From Candidatus Omnitrophota bacterium (GTDB taxonomy: Bacteria; Omnitrophota; Omnitrophia; Omnitrophales; Aquincolibacteriaceae), in NCBI GenBank assembly GCA_043808175.1, contig JAZDFE010000007.1, positions 16,099-80,098 on the forward strand: a stretch of DNA of 64,000 nt, given 5' to 3'. Below the pieces are notes generated by a model. It ran no database searches. It was given only the letters and a program-made list of their open reading frames with translations, and was not told the DNA's origin. The translations under genes and the position numbers were made by a program. Positions 38,290 to 49,994 of this stretch are shown piece after piece; within the stretch, counting starts at the first letter, position 1; each line of letters begins with the position of its first letter.

Positions 38290-40666
38290 CACTCCGCGCA
38301 TTCTCATCACGCGCACCGATCGCATCGGGGACCTCGTCCTCACCACGCCGCTCTTCAAAGCCTTGCGGGAAAAATTCCCGAAAGCCTGGATCGCGGCGGT
38401 TGTGTTCCTCGAACACCGCGAAATCGTACAGGAAAATCCTTTTCTGGATGAGGTGATCCTCTATGATAAAAAAGGGAGCGAGCGCGGTCTTTGGGGGCAG
38501 TTCTGTTTTAGCCAAAAACTCCGGAACAAAAAATTTAATGTGGTGATCCATGCCCATGGTACGAACAGGATGCATCTTGCCGCGTGGTTCGCGGGGATCC
38601 CCCTGCGCATAGGTTACGCGCGCCGCGCGCCGTGGACGCTCACGCATGTTCATCCTTATAATAAAAAAGAAGGAAAAAAACAGGAGGCCGAATATCTCTT
38701 TGAGCTTCTGGATCTTTTGGGCGTGACCCCTCCCAAAGAGATCGAGACTTTTTTCCCCATCACGGACCGATCCGTCCGCTCTTTCGAGAGTTTGCGTGTG
38801 TTTCGCAAAATCCCGTACGATCGGCCCTGGATCGTTCTCAATCCCTCGGCGAGCGATGTGACCAAAATGTGGCCGGCGGAGCGCTTTGCCGAACTTGTGA
38901 CCCGGATCCAAAAGAATCATCCAAGCGTTTTTATTGCGATAGGGACCGTCCAGGACCGTTCTCTCATCGAAAGATTGATCAAAAACACTCCGGTTCCGGT
39001 CTTTGATCTGAGCGGAAGACTTTCCCTTGGAATGCTAGGCGCGCTTTTGAAGCGATCGGCCCTGCTTGTCTCCAACGATTCCGGGCCCGTGCATATCGCG
39101 ACGACGGTTGGCACGCCGGTGGTTTCCATTTTTGGGAGGTATGAGGCAGGTCTTGGGCCCAACCGCTGGCAACCGCTTGGGGAGCGTTCGCGCGTGGTCG
39201 CGAAGGATGTTTCGCGCATTCCGGAAGCCGTGCGGAAGTTCACCTACATCGATGAGATCACGGTGGATGAAGTTTTTCGGACCGCAAATGATCTATTGGG
39301 TAGTAGCGGCAAAAAGTTTTTGCGTGAAGAGGAGCCTTCCACGAAAGGGATATCGGGTGGAGGAGGGAGGATGGCAGAAACGGTTCCTCGCCATCCGCCA
39401 TCCGTCATCCGCCATCCGCAAAAGATCCGCAGGGTTTTGATCGTGCACCCCTACGGAATCGGGGATCTTCTCTTTGTGACGCCAGTTATGCGGGCGCTTC
39501 GTCTCGTCCCGACGGTCGAGACCGTCGATCTTCTTTTGGGATCCCGCACGCGGGAGGTCGTGGAGAATAATCCTCACATCAATGATATTTTCGTCGTGGA
39601 TAAGGACCGCGCTCATCGTCAGACTTGGCTCGAAAATCTTCGCGACCACTGGAAACTGGGCCGGAAACTCCGGGCCAAGCATTACGACCTGATCCTGGAT
39701 TATTCGCTGCAGCGCGAACATGCTTTTTGGGGTCGGTTCTTTCTCGGTATTCCGAAATGCGCGGGGTTTGCGTATAAAAAGCGCGCGACATTCCACAATA
39801 TCCGTTTTCCACTTCCAGAGGGGTTCTGGAAACGGCATGCCGTGGATTTTTATTGTGATCTTGCGGAGGCAGCCAGGATTCCCGTGGAAGACCGTTTTCT
39901 GGAATATTTTTTTCCCAAGCCCCATTCTCCATCAGAAGGATCAAAGGTTAATGGGACTAGCCCTGGCGACCTTTTAGGAAAAGAAAATAGATGCCAGGGC
40001 AAGCACGAATCTTTGATCGAAGCAGAGATTGCCGGAAAGTTAAAACTTCTGCCGGAACGTTTTCTCGCGGTCGCTCCCGGCGGCGGGGATTCGTGGGGGA
40101 AGGAAGCTTCTTTCAAGCGCTGGCCTGTGAAGTATTTCGCGGCATTGATCGAAAAACTTCAAATGGAACGAAACATCCGCGGCGTCGCCATCCTGGGCAG
40201 TCGTTCCGAGCGGGCGCTGTGTGAAGAATTGCAGGCGATGATCGAGCCCCATTCTCCATCAAAAGCATCAAAGGTTAATGGGACTAGTCCCGGCAACCTT
40301 TTAAGAAACGAAAATAGAAGTCAGGACAAGCCACCCTCAGTCGTGCTGGCGGGGGAGACAAGCCTCACGCAAACGGCCATGGTCCTCAAAAAGTCCGCGC
40401 TTTTTGTCGGCAACGACGGAGGCCTGGTTCATTTGGCGCATGCGCTTCATGTGCCGCTCCTGGCTTTTTACGGGCCCGTGCCGCCCGAAGTGTACGGACC
40501 CTACCCGCCATCGCCTGATGCGATCGCCATCTTCAAACGAGGATTAAAATGCCGTCCGTGTTACTACAAATTCCGCTATCATAAAAAGTGTCCAACGATC
40601 GCGTGTCTTACAGATTTAAAGCCGGAAGAGGCGCTTGAACAGACAAAGGGTCAGGTGCCTTTTTGA
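38270..40666 (+). CDS. 798-aa ORF with two complete GT9 heptosyltransferase domains in tandem. The second begins at an in-frame AGGAGG ribosome-binding site plus ATG at 39371. The second domain carries two family-1 repeat insertions.
   Basis: Domain 1 reads ILITRTDRIGDLVLTTPLFKALREKFPKA ... NDSGPVHIATTVGTPVVSIFGR. Domain 2 reads RVLIVHPYGIGDLLFVTPVMRAL ... GNDGGLVHLAHALHVPLLAFYGP. There is no stop between the two domains. Confidence 0.7.
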   Translation: MPLNLPDTPRILITRTDRIGDLVLTTPLFKALREKFPKAWIAAVVFLEHREIVQENPFLDEVILYDKKGSERGLWGQFCFSQKLRNKKFNVVIHAHGTNRMHLAAWFAGIPLRIGYARRAPWTLTHVHPYNKKEGKKQEAEYLFELLDLLGVTPPKEIETFFPITDRSVRSFESLRVFRKIPYDRPWIVLNPSASDVTKMWPAERFAELVTRIQKNHPSVFIAIGTVQDRSLIERLIKNTPVPVFDLSGRLSLGMLGALLKRSALLVSNDSGPVHIATTVGTPVVSIFGRYEAGLGPNRWQPLGERSRVVAKDVSRIPEAVRKFTYIDEITVDEVFRTANDLLGSSGKKFLREEEPSTKGISGGGGRMAETVPRHPPSVIRHPQKIRRVLIVHPYGIGDLLFVTPVMRALRLVPTVETVDLLLGSRTREVVENNPHINDIFVVDKDRAHRQTWLENLRDHWKLGRKLRAKHYDLILDYSLQREHAFWGRFFLGIPKCAGFAYKKRATFHNIRFPLPEGFWKRHAVDFYCDLAEAARIPVEDRFLEYFFPKPHSPSEGSKVNGTSPGDLLGKENRCQGKHESLIEAEIAGKLKLLPERFLAVAPGGGDSWGKEASFKRWPVKYFAALIEKLQMERNIRGVAILGSRSERALCEELQAMIEPHSPSKASKVNGTSPGNLLRNENRSQDKPPSVVLAGETSLTQTAMVLKKSALFVGNDGGLVHLAHALHVPLLAFYGPVPPEVYGPYPPSPDAIAIFKRGLKCRPCYYKFRYHKKCPTIACLTDLKPEEALEQTKGQVPF
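39917..40005 (+). repeat. Family-1 intragenic repeat, copy B. It is in-frame in GT9 domain 2 and translates as PHSPSEGSKVNGTSPGDLLGKENRCQGKHE.
   Basis: It is homologous to copies A and C. The internal inverted repeat is gccctggcg (39960-39968) pairing with tgccagggc (39992-40000). Confidence 0.8.
40244..40331 (+). repeat. Family-1 intragenic repeat, copy C. It is in-frame in GT9 domain 2 and translates as PHSPSKASKVNGTSPGNLLRNENRSQDKPP. Its hairpin arm is degenerate.
   Basis: By eye it is about 80% identical to copy B over some 88 bp (cccattctccatca...aaggttaatgggactag...aaaatagaag). Confidence 0.8.
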
Positions 40667-40723
40667 AAAAAGGTGTCCGATTCCTTTAACAACACTTGAC
40701 GGAACTATCCGGAACTGATCCCC

Positions 40724-41515
40724 ATGAAAAAATCCGCGTTCTTTCTTCTAGCGCTGGTCTTTCTTATTCCGATGAGTTCTGCCCAAGAGACGGAAAAGAT
40801 CTTCTCCTACTCCGAAAAATCCGCTACGAAGATCTTTCTGGGAGAGAAAATAAAATTCGAAATCAATTATCTCGGGATCATCGTGGGGGAAGCGGAGTCT
40901 GAGGTCAAAGGAATCGTTAAAGTGAATGGTCGCGACGCCTATCACATAGAGATCAACATTCGCTCGCGAGCGGTGATCGATTGGATCTACAAGGTTCGGG
41001 ACACACATCATACCTATATCGACGCCGAGCATTTTTACTCCCTCCGATATAAAAAGAAGATCAAGGAGGGCCGCTACTGGACGGACGAGTCAATGGAATA
41101 CGACCAGGACGAACACATCGGCCGCTTTCATTCCCGCAAGGACAACAGCCGAAAAGAGATGTTCATCCCCAAACACGTTCAGGATCAGATCTCCTGTTGC
41201 TACTGGCTCCGGCTCCAGGATCTTAAACCCGGTTCCAAGACCCTGATCCCGGTGAATGCGGACGAGAAGAACTGGGATCTTGAAGTCATTACGCATGGCG
41301 TCAAGGAAATGAAGATTGACCCTGTAGGCGTTTTTCAGGCGGTTGAGATCGAGCCGATCATTTTGTTCGAAGGTTTTTTTGTCCGGCGCGGAAAAGTCCG
41401 TGGCTGGATGAGCATGGACGAGCGTCGCATCCCGCTTGTGATGAAGGTCAAGGTTCCCGTTCTCGGCGAAGTCGTCGCCACGCTCGCCGGCTACGAACCC
41501 GGCGTCAGTTCCTAG
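40724..41515 (+). CDS. Secreted DUF3108-like protein.
   Basis: It has a signal peptide (MKKSAFFLLALVFLIPMSSAQE). The DUF3108 call rests on my recollection of that family's Tyr/Trp-rich beta-rich composition. Confidence 0.45.
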   Translation: MKKSAFFLLALVFLIPMSSAQETEKIFSYSEKSATKIFLGEKIKFEINYLGIIVGEAESEVKGIVKVNGRDAYHIEINIRSRAVIDWIYKVRDTHHTYIDAEHFYSLRYKKKIKEGRYWTDESMEYDQDEHIGRFHSRKDNSRKEMFIPKHVQDQISCCYWLRLQDLKPGSKTLIPVNADEKNWDLEVITHGVKEMKIDPVGVFQAVEIEPIILFEGFFVRRGKVRGWMSMDERRIPLVMKVKVPVLGEVVATLAGYEPGVSS

Positions 41516-41644
41516 CCGGACTCCGTTGCTTGCAAGGTTCTCCCCCCGTAAATTAACCCGTTCTTTCTTGTGTCTCACGTGATAAAATCCAACTCGCTTT
41601 AAACACAAGTATGAATCCCAAGGGAGATCGCAAGGCGTCATCGC

Positions 41645-43180
41645 TTGCGAAAAGGGGCTGGATCCATGAAGAAGACCGGTTTTGATAACGAAAAATATCT
41701 AAAAGAACAGTCCGAAGCCATTCTCAAACGGGTCAAGAAATACAGCAACAAACTTTATATCGAGTTTGGCGGAAAATTGCTTTTTGATCATCATGCCGCG
41801 CGGGTCCTGCCCGGGTACGATCCGAACGTCAAGATGAGGCTTCTTCAAAAGCTTAAGGACAAGATCGATATCATCCTTTGCATTCACGCCGGGGATATCG
41901 AACGGCGGAAATTGCGGGCGGATTTTGGCATCACCTATGATGCCGATGCCTTTAAAATGATCGATGATCTGAAGACCTGGGGGCTTGCGATCACGGCGGT
42001 GGTAATCACGCGGTTCAATGAGCAGCCGGCCGCCACGATCTTCAAAAATAAGCTGGAAAGGCGCGGTATTCGCGTCTATACGCACCGGTTCACCAAAGGA
42101 TATCCCACGGACGTGGAGATGATCGTCAGCCCTGCGGGTTATGGGGCGAACGAATACATTGAGACCAAAAATCCGATCGCGATCGTAACCGGGCCGGGGC
42201 CCGGAAGCGGAAAACTTGCGACCTGTCTTTCCCAGCTTTACCACGATCACACACGGGGCCTCGAAAGCGGCTACTCGAAGTTCGAGACTTTTCCAATCTG
42301 GAATCTGCCGCTCAAGCATCCCGTGAACGTGGCGTATGAAGCTGCGACTGCGGACCTGGGCGATATCAACATGATCGATTCGTTCCATCTGGAGGCCCAC
42401 AAAAAGACCACGGTCAATTACAACCGTGATCTCGAGATATTCCCGGTGCTTCAACGCATCCTGAAAAAGATCATGGGGAAACGCTCGATCTACAAGTCGC
42501 CCACGGATATGGGAGTCAACTGCGCCGGTTTCGGGATCGTGGATGATGAAGTGGTCCGGAAGGCCGCTGTTCAGGAAGTCATCTCGCGGTATTTCCGCTA
42601 TTCTTGCGAATACGTCATGGGGTTTGTAGAAAAAGAAGCGGCGCAGAGGACGGAACTTTTGATGAAGGAGCTGGATGCGAAGATCGAGGACCGGCGCGTG
42701 GTACTCCCCGCGCGGGAAATGGCCCAGGAATCGCAACGTCTCGGAGAGGGCAATAAAGGGATTTATTGTGGAGCAGCGATCGAGCTTCACGATGGGTCCA
42801 TTGTGACCGGGAAGAATACGCCGCTTATGCACGCAGCCTCGAGTCTCGTGTTGAATGCCGTCAAGAAGCTCGCCGGTATCCCCGACAGCATTCATCTCCT
42901 ATCACTGGGCGTGATCGAATCCATCGGACGTCTCAAACAGGATATTATGGGGTCTCACGCGGTGAGCCTGAACCTGGATGAGATCTTAGTGGCCTTGAGT
43001 ATCAGCGCCGCAACAAATCCCTCGGCCGAGGCCGCCATGGCGAAACTGAAAGAATTAAGCGGGTGCGAAGCCCATATGACCCATATTCCGACCTCCGGGG
43101 ATGATAAAGGGCTTAAACGTCTTGGGATCAATGTCACTAGCGATACGGATTTTTCTACCGTGAGTCTTTTCGACGCGTAA
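41645..43180 (+). CDS. UPF0371 / DUF1846 family protein of unknown function. The start is possibly 41666 (MKKTGF).
   Basis: N-terminal region matches my recollection of UPF0371 proteins (KLYIEFGGKLLFDHHAARVLPGYDPNVKMRLLQKLK...VTGPGPGSGKLATCLSQLYHD...FETFPIWNLPLKHPVNVAYEAATADL). Confidence 0.7.
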   Translation: MRKGAGSMKKTGFDNEKYLKEQSEAILKRVKKYSNKLYIEFGGKLLFDHHAARVLPGYDPNVKMRLLQKLKDKIDIILCIHAGDIERRKLRADFGITYDADAFKMIDDLKTWGLAITAVVITRFNEQPAATIFKNKLERRGIRVYTHRFTKGYPTDVEMIVSPAGYGANEYIETKNPIAIVTGPGPGSGKLATCLSQLYHDHTRGLESGYSKFETFPIWNLPLKHPVNVAYEAATADLGDINMIDSFHLEAHKKTTVNYNRDLEIFPVLQRILKKIMGKRSIYKSPTDMGVNCAGFGIVDDEVVRKAAVQEVISRYFRYSCEYVMGFVEKEAAQRTELLMKELDAKIEDRRVVLPAREMAQESQRLGEGNKGIYCGAAIELHDGSIVTGKNTPLMHAASSLVLNAVKKLAGIPDSIHLLSLGVIESIGRLKQDIMGSHAVSLNLDEILVALSISAATNPSAEAAMAKLKELSGCEAHMTHIPTSGDDKGLKRLGINVTSDTDFSTVSLFDA

Positions 43181-43231
43181 GACTTTTTAAGGAAAAAGTC
43201 ATTCTTGAAAACCAGGGTCCGCGCAGGACAC

Positions 43232-43260
43232 GGAAGCCGCGGAGGCTTTCCGTTTTTTTA
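43232..43260 (+). terminator. Rho-independent terminator after the UPF0371 gene.
   Basis: The stem cggaagcc/ggctttccg has a 1-nt bulge and is followed by ttttttt. Confidence 0.6.
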
Positions 43261-43313
43261 GTAATGATAGGGCTTATTCTATGGAACCGTTCCAAGCAAA
43301 GGAGAAATAATGT

Positions 43314-43601
43314 ATGCCGACTTATGAGTATGAATGCGGGGCGTGCGAGCACCGGTTCGAGAAATACCAGTCCATGAGCGACAAGCCCATCAAGAAATGT
43401 CCGAAATGCGGAAAAGCCAAGGTCCGGCGCGTGATCTCTGGAGGGGCGGGGGTGCTTTTCAAAGGAAGCGGCTTTTATCAGACCGATTACTGCTCCAAGG
43501 GTTACAAGGAGTCAGCCAAGAAGGATGTTCCCAAAAAAGATGCTCCCCCGGCCCCAGCCTGTCCCAGCGATTGCTCGTCCTGCGATGTAAAGAAGAAATA
43601 A
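43314..43601 (+). CDS. FmdB-family zinc-ribbon protein.
   Basis: Two CxxC pairs are present at the N-terminus (MPTYEYECGACEHRFE...CPKCG). Confidence 0.7.
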   Translation: MPTYEYECGACEHRFEKYQSMSDKPIKKCPKCGKAKVRRVISGGAGVLFKGSGFYQTDYCSKGYKESAKKDVPKKDAPPAPACPSDCSSCDVKKK

Positions 43602-43664
43602 GATTTTTCGCCACGAATCATTTCTAACCCACCATATTTAAAAGACTTATAGAGATTTCCTTTC

Positions 43665-43693
43665 ATTGACACGGCCTCTCTCTGATGTTAGAA
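43665..43693 (+). promoter_or_regulatory. Candidate sigma70 promoter (TTGACA-N17-TAGAAT) upstream of the heptose kinase gene. A terminator-like hairpin plus T-run follows at about 43721-43763.
   Basis: Hexamers are read from the sequence. The hairpin is ggacaggc / gcctgtcc followed by tctttttt. An alternative pairing partner, ggacaagc, lies inside the loop. Confidence 0.4.
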
Positions 43694-43780
43694 TGCGCCC
43701 CTATAATTCTGAATTATTAAAGGACAGGCGGGTTGCAGAGAAGGACAAGCCTGTCCTCTTTTTTGGTATGAGAGGAATCT

Positions 43781-44796
43781 ATGAAGACCACATCCTTGCC
43801 GCTGAGTAATTTGGAAAAAAGACGTTTTCTCGAAATCCTTGAAAGATTCCAGGAGGTCCGCATCCTCGTGATCGGGGATTTCATTCTGGATCAATTTGTC
43901 TGGGGGAGCGTGAAACGTATTTCCCCCGAGGCGCCGGTTCCGGTAGTCAAGGTCGAGAGGGAATCTTTTATGCCCGGGGGATCGCTTAACGTGGCTAATA
44001 ATATCCGGTCTCTTCGAGGTCAGGTTTGTCCTTGCGGAGTGGTAGGCCGCGATTTTTATGGGCGTATGTTGCTTAGAGCAATGCGCAAACAGGGGATCGA
44101 GACAGGCGGGATCGTTTATGATCCGGCGCGTCCGACGTCCCTTAAAACCCGCGTGATTGCACATTCCCAGCAGGTGGTCCGTTTTGACCGTGAAAAAACA
44201 GATGACGTCGCCAAGGCATATCTTTTAAAGATCCTGAAATTTGTCCGCGAGAACATCAGCCGAATGGATGTGGTGGTTCTTGAAGATTACGGGAAAGGTG
44301 TGATGCAACCCTTTCTTTTAAAAGAGATTGTCCGCCTTGCCAAGAAGTTCAAAAAACCCGTGCTTGTAGATCCAAAGGAAAAACATTTCGTCTATTACCA
44401 GGGCGTGACCTGCATCACCCCGAACCGTAGTGAAGCCTACACAGGCTATGAACGCACGCATGGTTCCTGTTACAAAACGCCGGGGCTCGAAGAGGTGGGG
44501 TGGGGCCTGATGAAAAAATTGAAACTTGATTCCGTGCTGATCACGCTCGGCGAGGATGGCATGGCGCTTTTTGAAAAAAATAAAAAACTAACCCTAGTCC
44601 CGACCGCTGCGCGCGAAGTCTATGATGTCTCCGGCGCCGGGGATACGGTGATTGCGACACTTGCGGTTGCATTGGCGGCGGGCGCGAAAATGCAAGAAGC
44701 CGCGAAGATTTCGAACCTTGCCGCTGGTATTGTGGTCGGAAAACTTGGCACTGCAACGGTCGCTCCCGACGAACTTGAAGAAGCGATCCGGAAGGC

Positions 44797-44800
<4 letters not shown>
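43781..44800 (+). CDS. D-glycero-beta-D-manno-heptose-7-phosphate kinase. This is the RfaE/HldE domain I only (HldA-type, ribokinase/PfkB fold).
   Basis: PfkB motifs are present (RILVIGDFILDQFVWGSVKRISPEAPVPVV ... DVSGAGDTVIATLA). Confidence 0.8.
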
Positions 44801-48066
<3,266 letters not shown>

Positions 48067-48070
48067 GACT

Positions 48071-49042
48071 ATGAAAACGTCGAATGTGATACGAATTGCC
48101 AAAGAGGTTCTCAGGATGGAAGCCCGAGCTATCTCGCGGCTTCGCTCCGGGATCGGCAAGAATTTTGAGACGGTGGTTCAATGGATGGCGAATTGCAAAG
48201 GACGCGTGATACTTACCGGGATAGGAAAACCCGGTTTTATTGCCCGCAAGATCGCCGCGACCATGGCCTCAACGGGGACACCCGCTTTTTTTCTTCATCC
48301 TGCCGAAGCGGTGCACGGTGATTTTGGGATGGTGACTTCCAAGGACCTTGTGATTGCGATCTCGCAAAGCGGGGAAAGCGAAGAGATCGTGAGGCTTCTC
48401 CCTCTAATGAAGAAAAAAGGCGTGAAACTTGTCGCGCTGACGAGTGTCCCGGGATCCGCTCTTGGGAAAAATGCGGACATGGTGCTTGATCTCGGCGTGC
48501 GGCGCGAAGCGTGCCCTTTGAATTTGGCGCCTTCCGCTTCGACGACCGCTTCGCTTGCGATGGGGGACGCGCTCGCGCTTTCACTTCTTAAGAAAAAAGA
48601 TTTTTGCTCCGAAGATTTCGCAGCGCTGCATCCGGCGGGAAGTCTCGGAAGACGGTTGCTGAAGGTCGGGGAGATCATGCGCACCGGGAAGGCCAATCCG
48701 CTCGTAGGGGTGAAGACCACGGTGCGTCACGCGCTTCTTAAGATCACGGCCTCAAGGGCCGGCAGTTGTACGATCGTCGACGGGCAGGGAAAATTGATGG
48801 GCGTCTTTACAGACGGAGATCTCCGGCGTCACCTGAGATCCCAGGGCGAAAAGATCCTGAACCGGCCTGTGGTCCAATTAGCCACCCTCAAACCCCGCTA
48901 TATTCGGAAGGAAAAACTCGCGGAAGAAGCGTTCCATATCATGGAGTCTCTCCGCATCGATGAATTGCCGGTGGTGGACAAAGCCCGGCGCGTCGTAGGT
49001 CTCCTGGACGTTCAGGACCTCATGAGGGCGGGACGGGTTTGA
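48071..49042 (+). CDS. kdsD: Arabinose-5-phosphate isomerase (KpsF/GutQ; SIS domain plus 2 CBS domains). The start is refined to MKTSNV.
   Basis: An SIS domain (ILTGIGKPGFIARKIAATMASTGTPAFFLHPAEAVHGDFG) and a CBS pair are present. Confidence 0.85.
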   Translation: MKTSNVIRIAKEVLRMEARAISRLRSGIGKNFETVVQWMANCKGRVILTGIGKPGFIARKIAATMASTGTPAFFLHPAEAVHGDFGMVTSKDLVIAISQSGESEEIVRLLPLMKKKGVKLVALTSVPGSALGKNADMVLDLGVRREACPLNLAPSASTTASLAMGDALALSLLKKKDFCSEDFAALHPAGSLGRRLLKVGEIMRTGKANPLVGVKTTVRHALLKITASRAGSCTIVDGQGKLMGVFTDGDLRRHLRSQGEKILNRPVVQLATLKPRYIRKEKLAEEAFHIMESLRIDELPVVDKARRVVGLLDVQDLMRAGRV

Positions 49043-49049
49043 TCCGCCT

Positions 49050-49994
49050 ATGGCCAAGCGCAAATTCTATCGCTATCCGCTTTATCTTTTAACAAGGCTC
49101 GGAGCGGAGCTTCTGCTGGTTCTGCCTCGAAGTTGGGCATTGGCGCTCGCGAAGGGGGTCGGGTATTTAGGATACCGGGTCGTTTCGCGCCAAAGAACAA
49201 AGATCCTTGAAAATCTGAAGTTTGCGTACGGCAACACGGAAAGTCCTGCGGCATTGGAAACGACTGGCCGTCGGGTGATGGGACATATGCTCCAGACGGC
49301 TGTGGATTTCCTGCGTTTTGCCACGCTTTCACGTGACCTGGCGGCCTTGTTTGTGGAGGCGGGTGATGCCTATTCTTTTTGCAAAGATATTTTGCAAGAA
49401 GGGAGAGGGCTCATTATAATGACGGCGCACATGGGCAACTGGGAACTTTTAGCCGGGATTTTTGGCCTGCAGGGTTTCCGGGGCGCCGTCGTCGGTCGAC
49501 GCATCTATTATGAGCCGTACAATCGGTGGATCGTAGGTTTGCGGAGCGCCGTAGGGGTCCGGACCATCTATCAAGATGAGGCGGTCAGGCAAGTTCATGC
49601 TTGTTTGAAGGCGGGCGAGATCGTCGGGCTTTTGCCGGATCAGGATCGAGATAATGTCCGTGGTATTTTCGTGGATTTTTTTGGAAAGCCGGCTTATACG
49701 TCCGTGGCGCCAGTGAAATTTGCCATGGCTTCAAAAACGCCGATCCTTCCGGCTTTTATGATCCGGATGCCCGGGAATCGCTACAAGCTCTTTTTAGGTA
49801 ACCTGATACGGCCGAAGATCGAAGGCAATGACCGGACGGCCTCGATCCGAAAATACACAGAAGCCTGGATGAAAGATTTTGAAGAAGTGATCCGCCATTA
49901 CCCGGAGCAATGGGGATGGATGCATGACCGCTGGAAAACGAAGCCTGACGAGGTTGCCGCGGCGGAACTTAAGGAGACAGTGAAACACTCATGA
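49050..49994 (+). CDS. Lipid A biosynthesis late acyltransferase (LpxL/HtrB family).
   Basis: The motif IIMTAHMGNWELLAGIF (HX4E) is present, and the protein is about 310 aa. Confidence 0.75.
   Translation: MAKRKFYRYPLYLLTRLGAELLLVLPRSWALALAKGVGYLGYRVVSRQRTKILENLKFAYGNTESPAALETTGRRVMGHMLQTAVDFLRFATLSRDLAALFVEAGDAYSFCKDILQEGRGLIIMTAHMGNWELLAGIFGLQGFRGAVVGRRIYYEPYNRWIVGLRSAVGVRTIYQDEAVRQVHACLKAGEIVGLLPDQDRDNVRGIFVDFFGKPAYTSVAPVKFAMASKTPILPAFMIRMPGNRYKLFLGNLIRPKIEGNDRTASIRKYTEAWMKDFEEVIRHYPEQWGWMHDRWKTKPDEVAAAELKETVKHS

Noticed and set aside
41516-41644. Possible structured RNA in the gap upstream of the UPF0371 gene (cttgcaag palindrome, cttgtgt…acacaag stem).
   Set aside because: The stems are short with long loops, and the region has no resemblance to the other repeat families. 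This is insufficient to call an ncRNA.
43780-43800. One-nucleotide discrepancy between my position count in the printed sequence and the ORF-track coordinates around 43687-43801.
   Set aside because: The ORF-track coordinates are consistent with flanking anchors (43314 start, 44797 start). I attribute the offset to my own counting, so small-motif coordinates in this interval are given to within about 1-2 nt and not treated as an indel.
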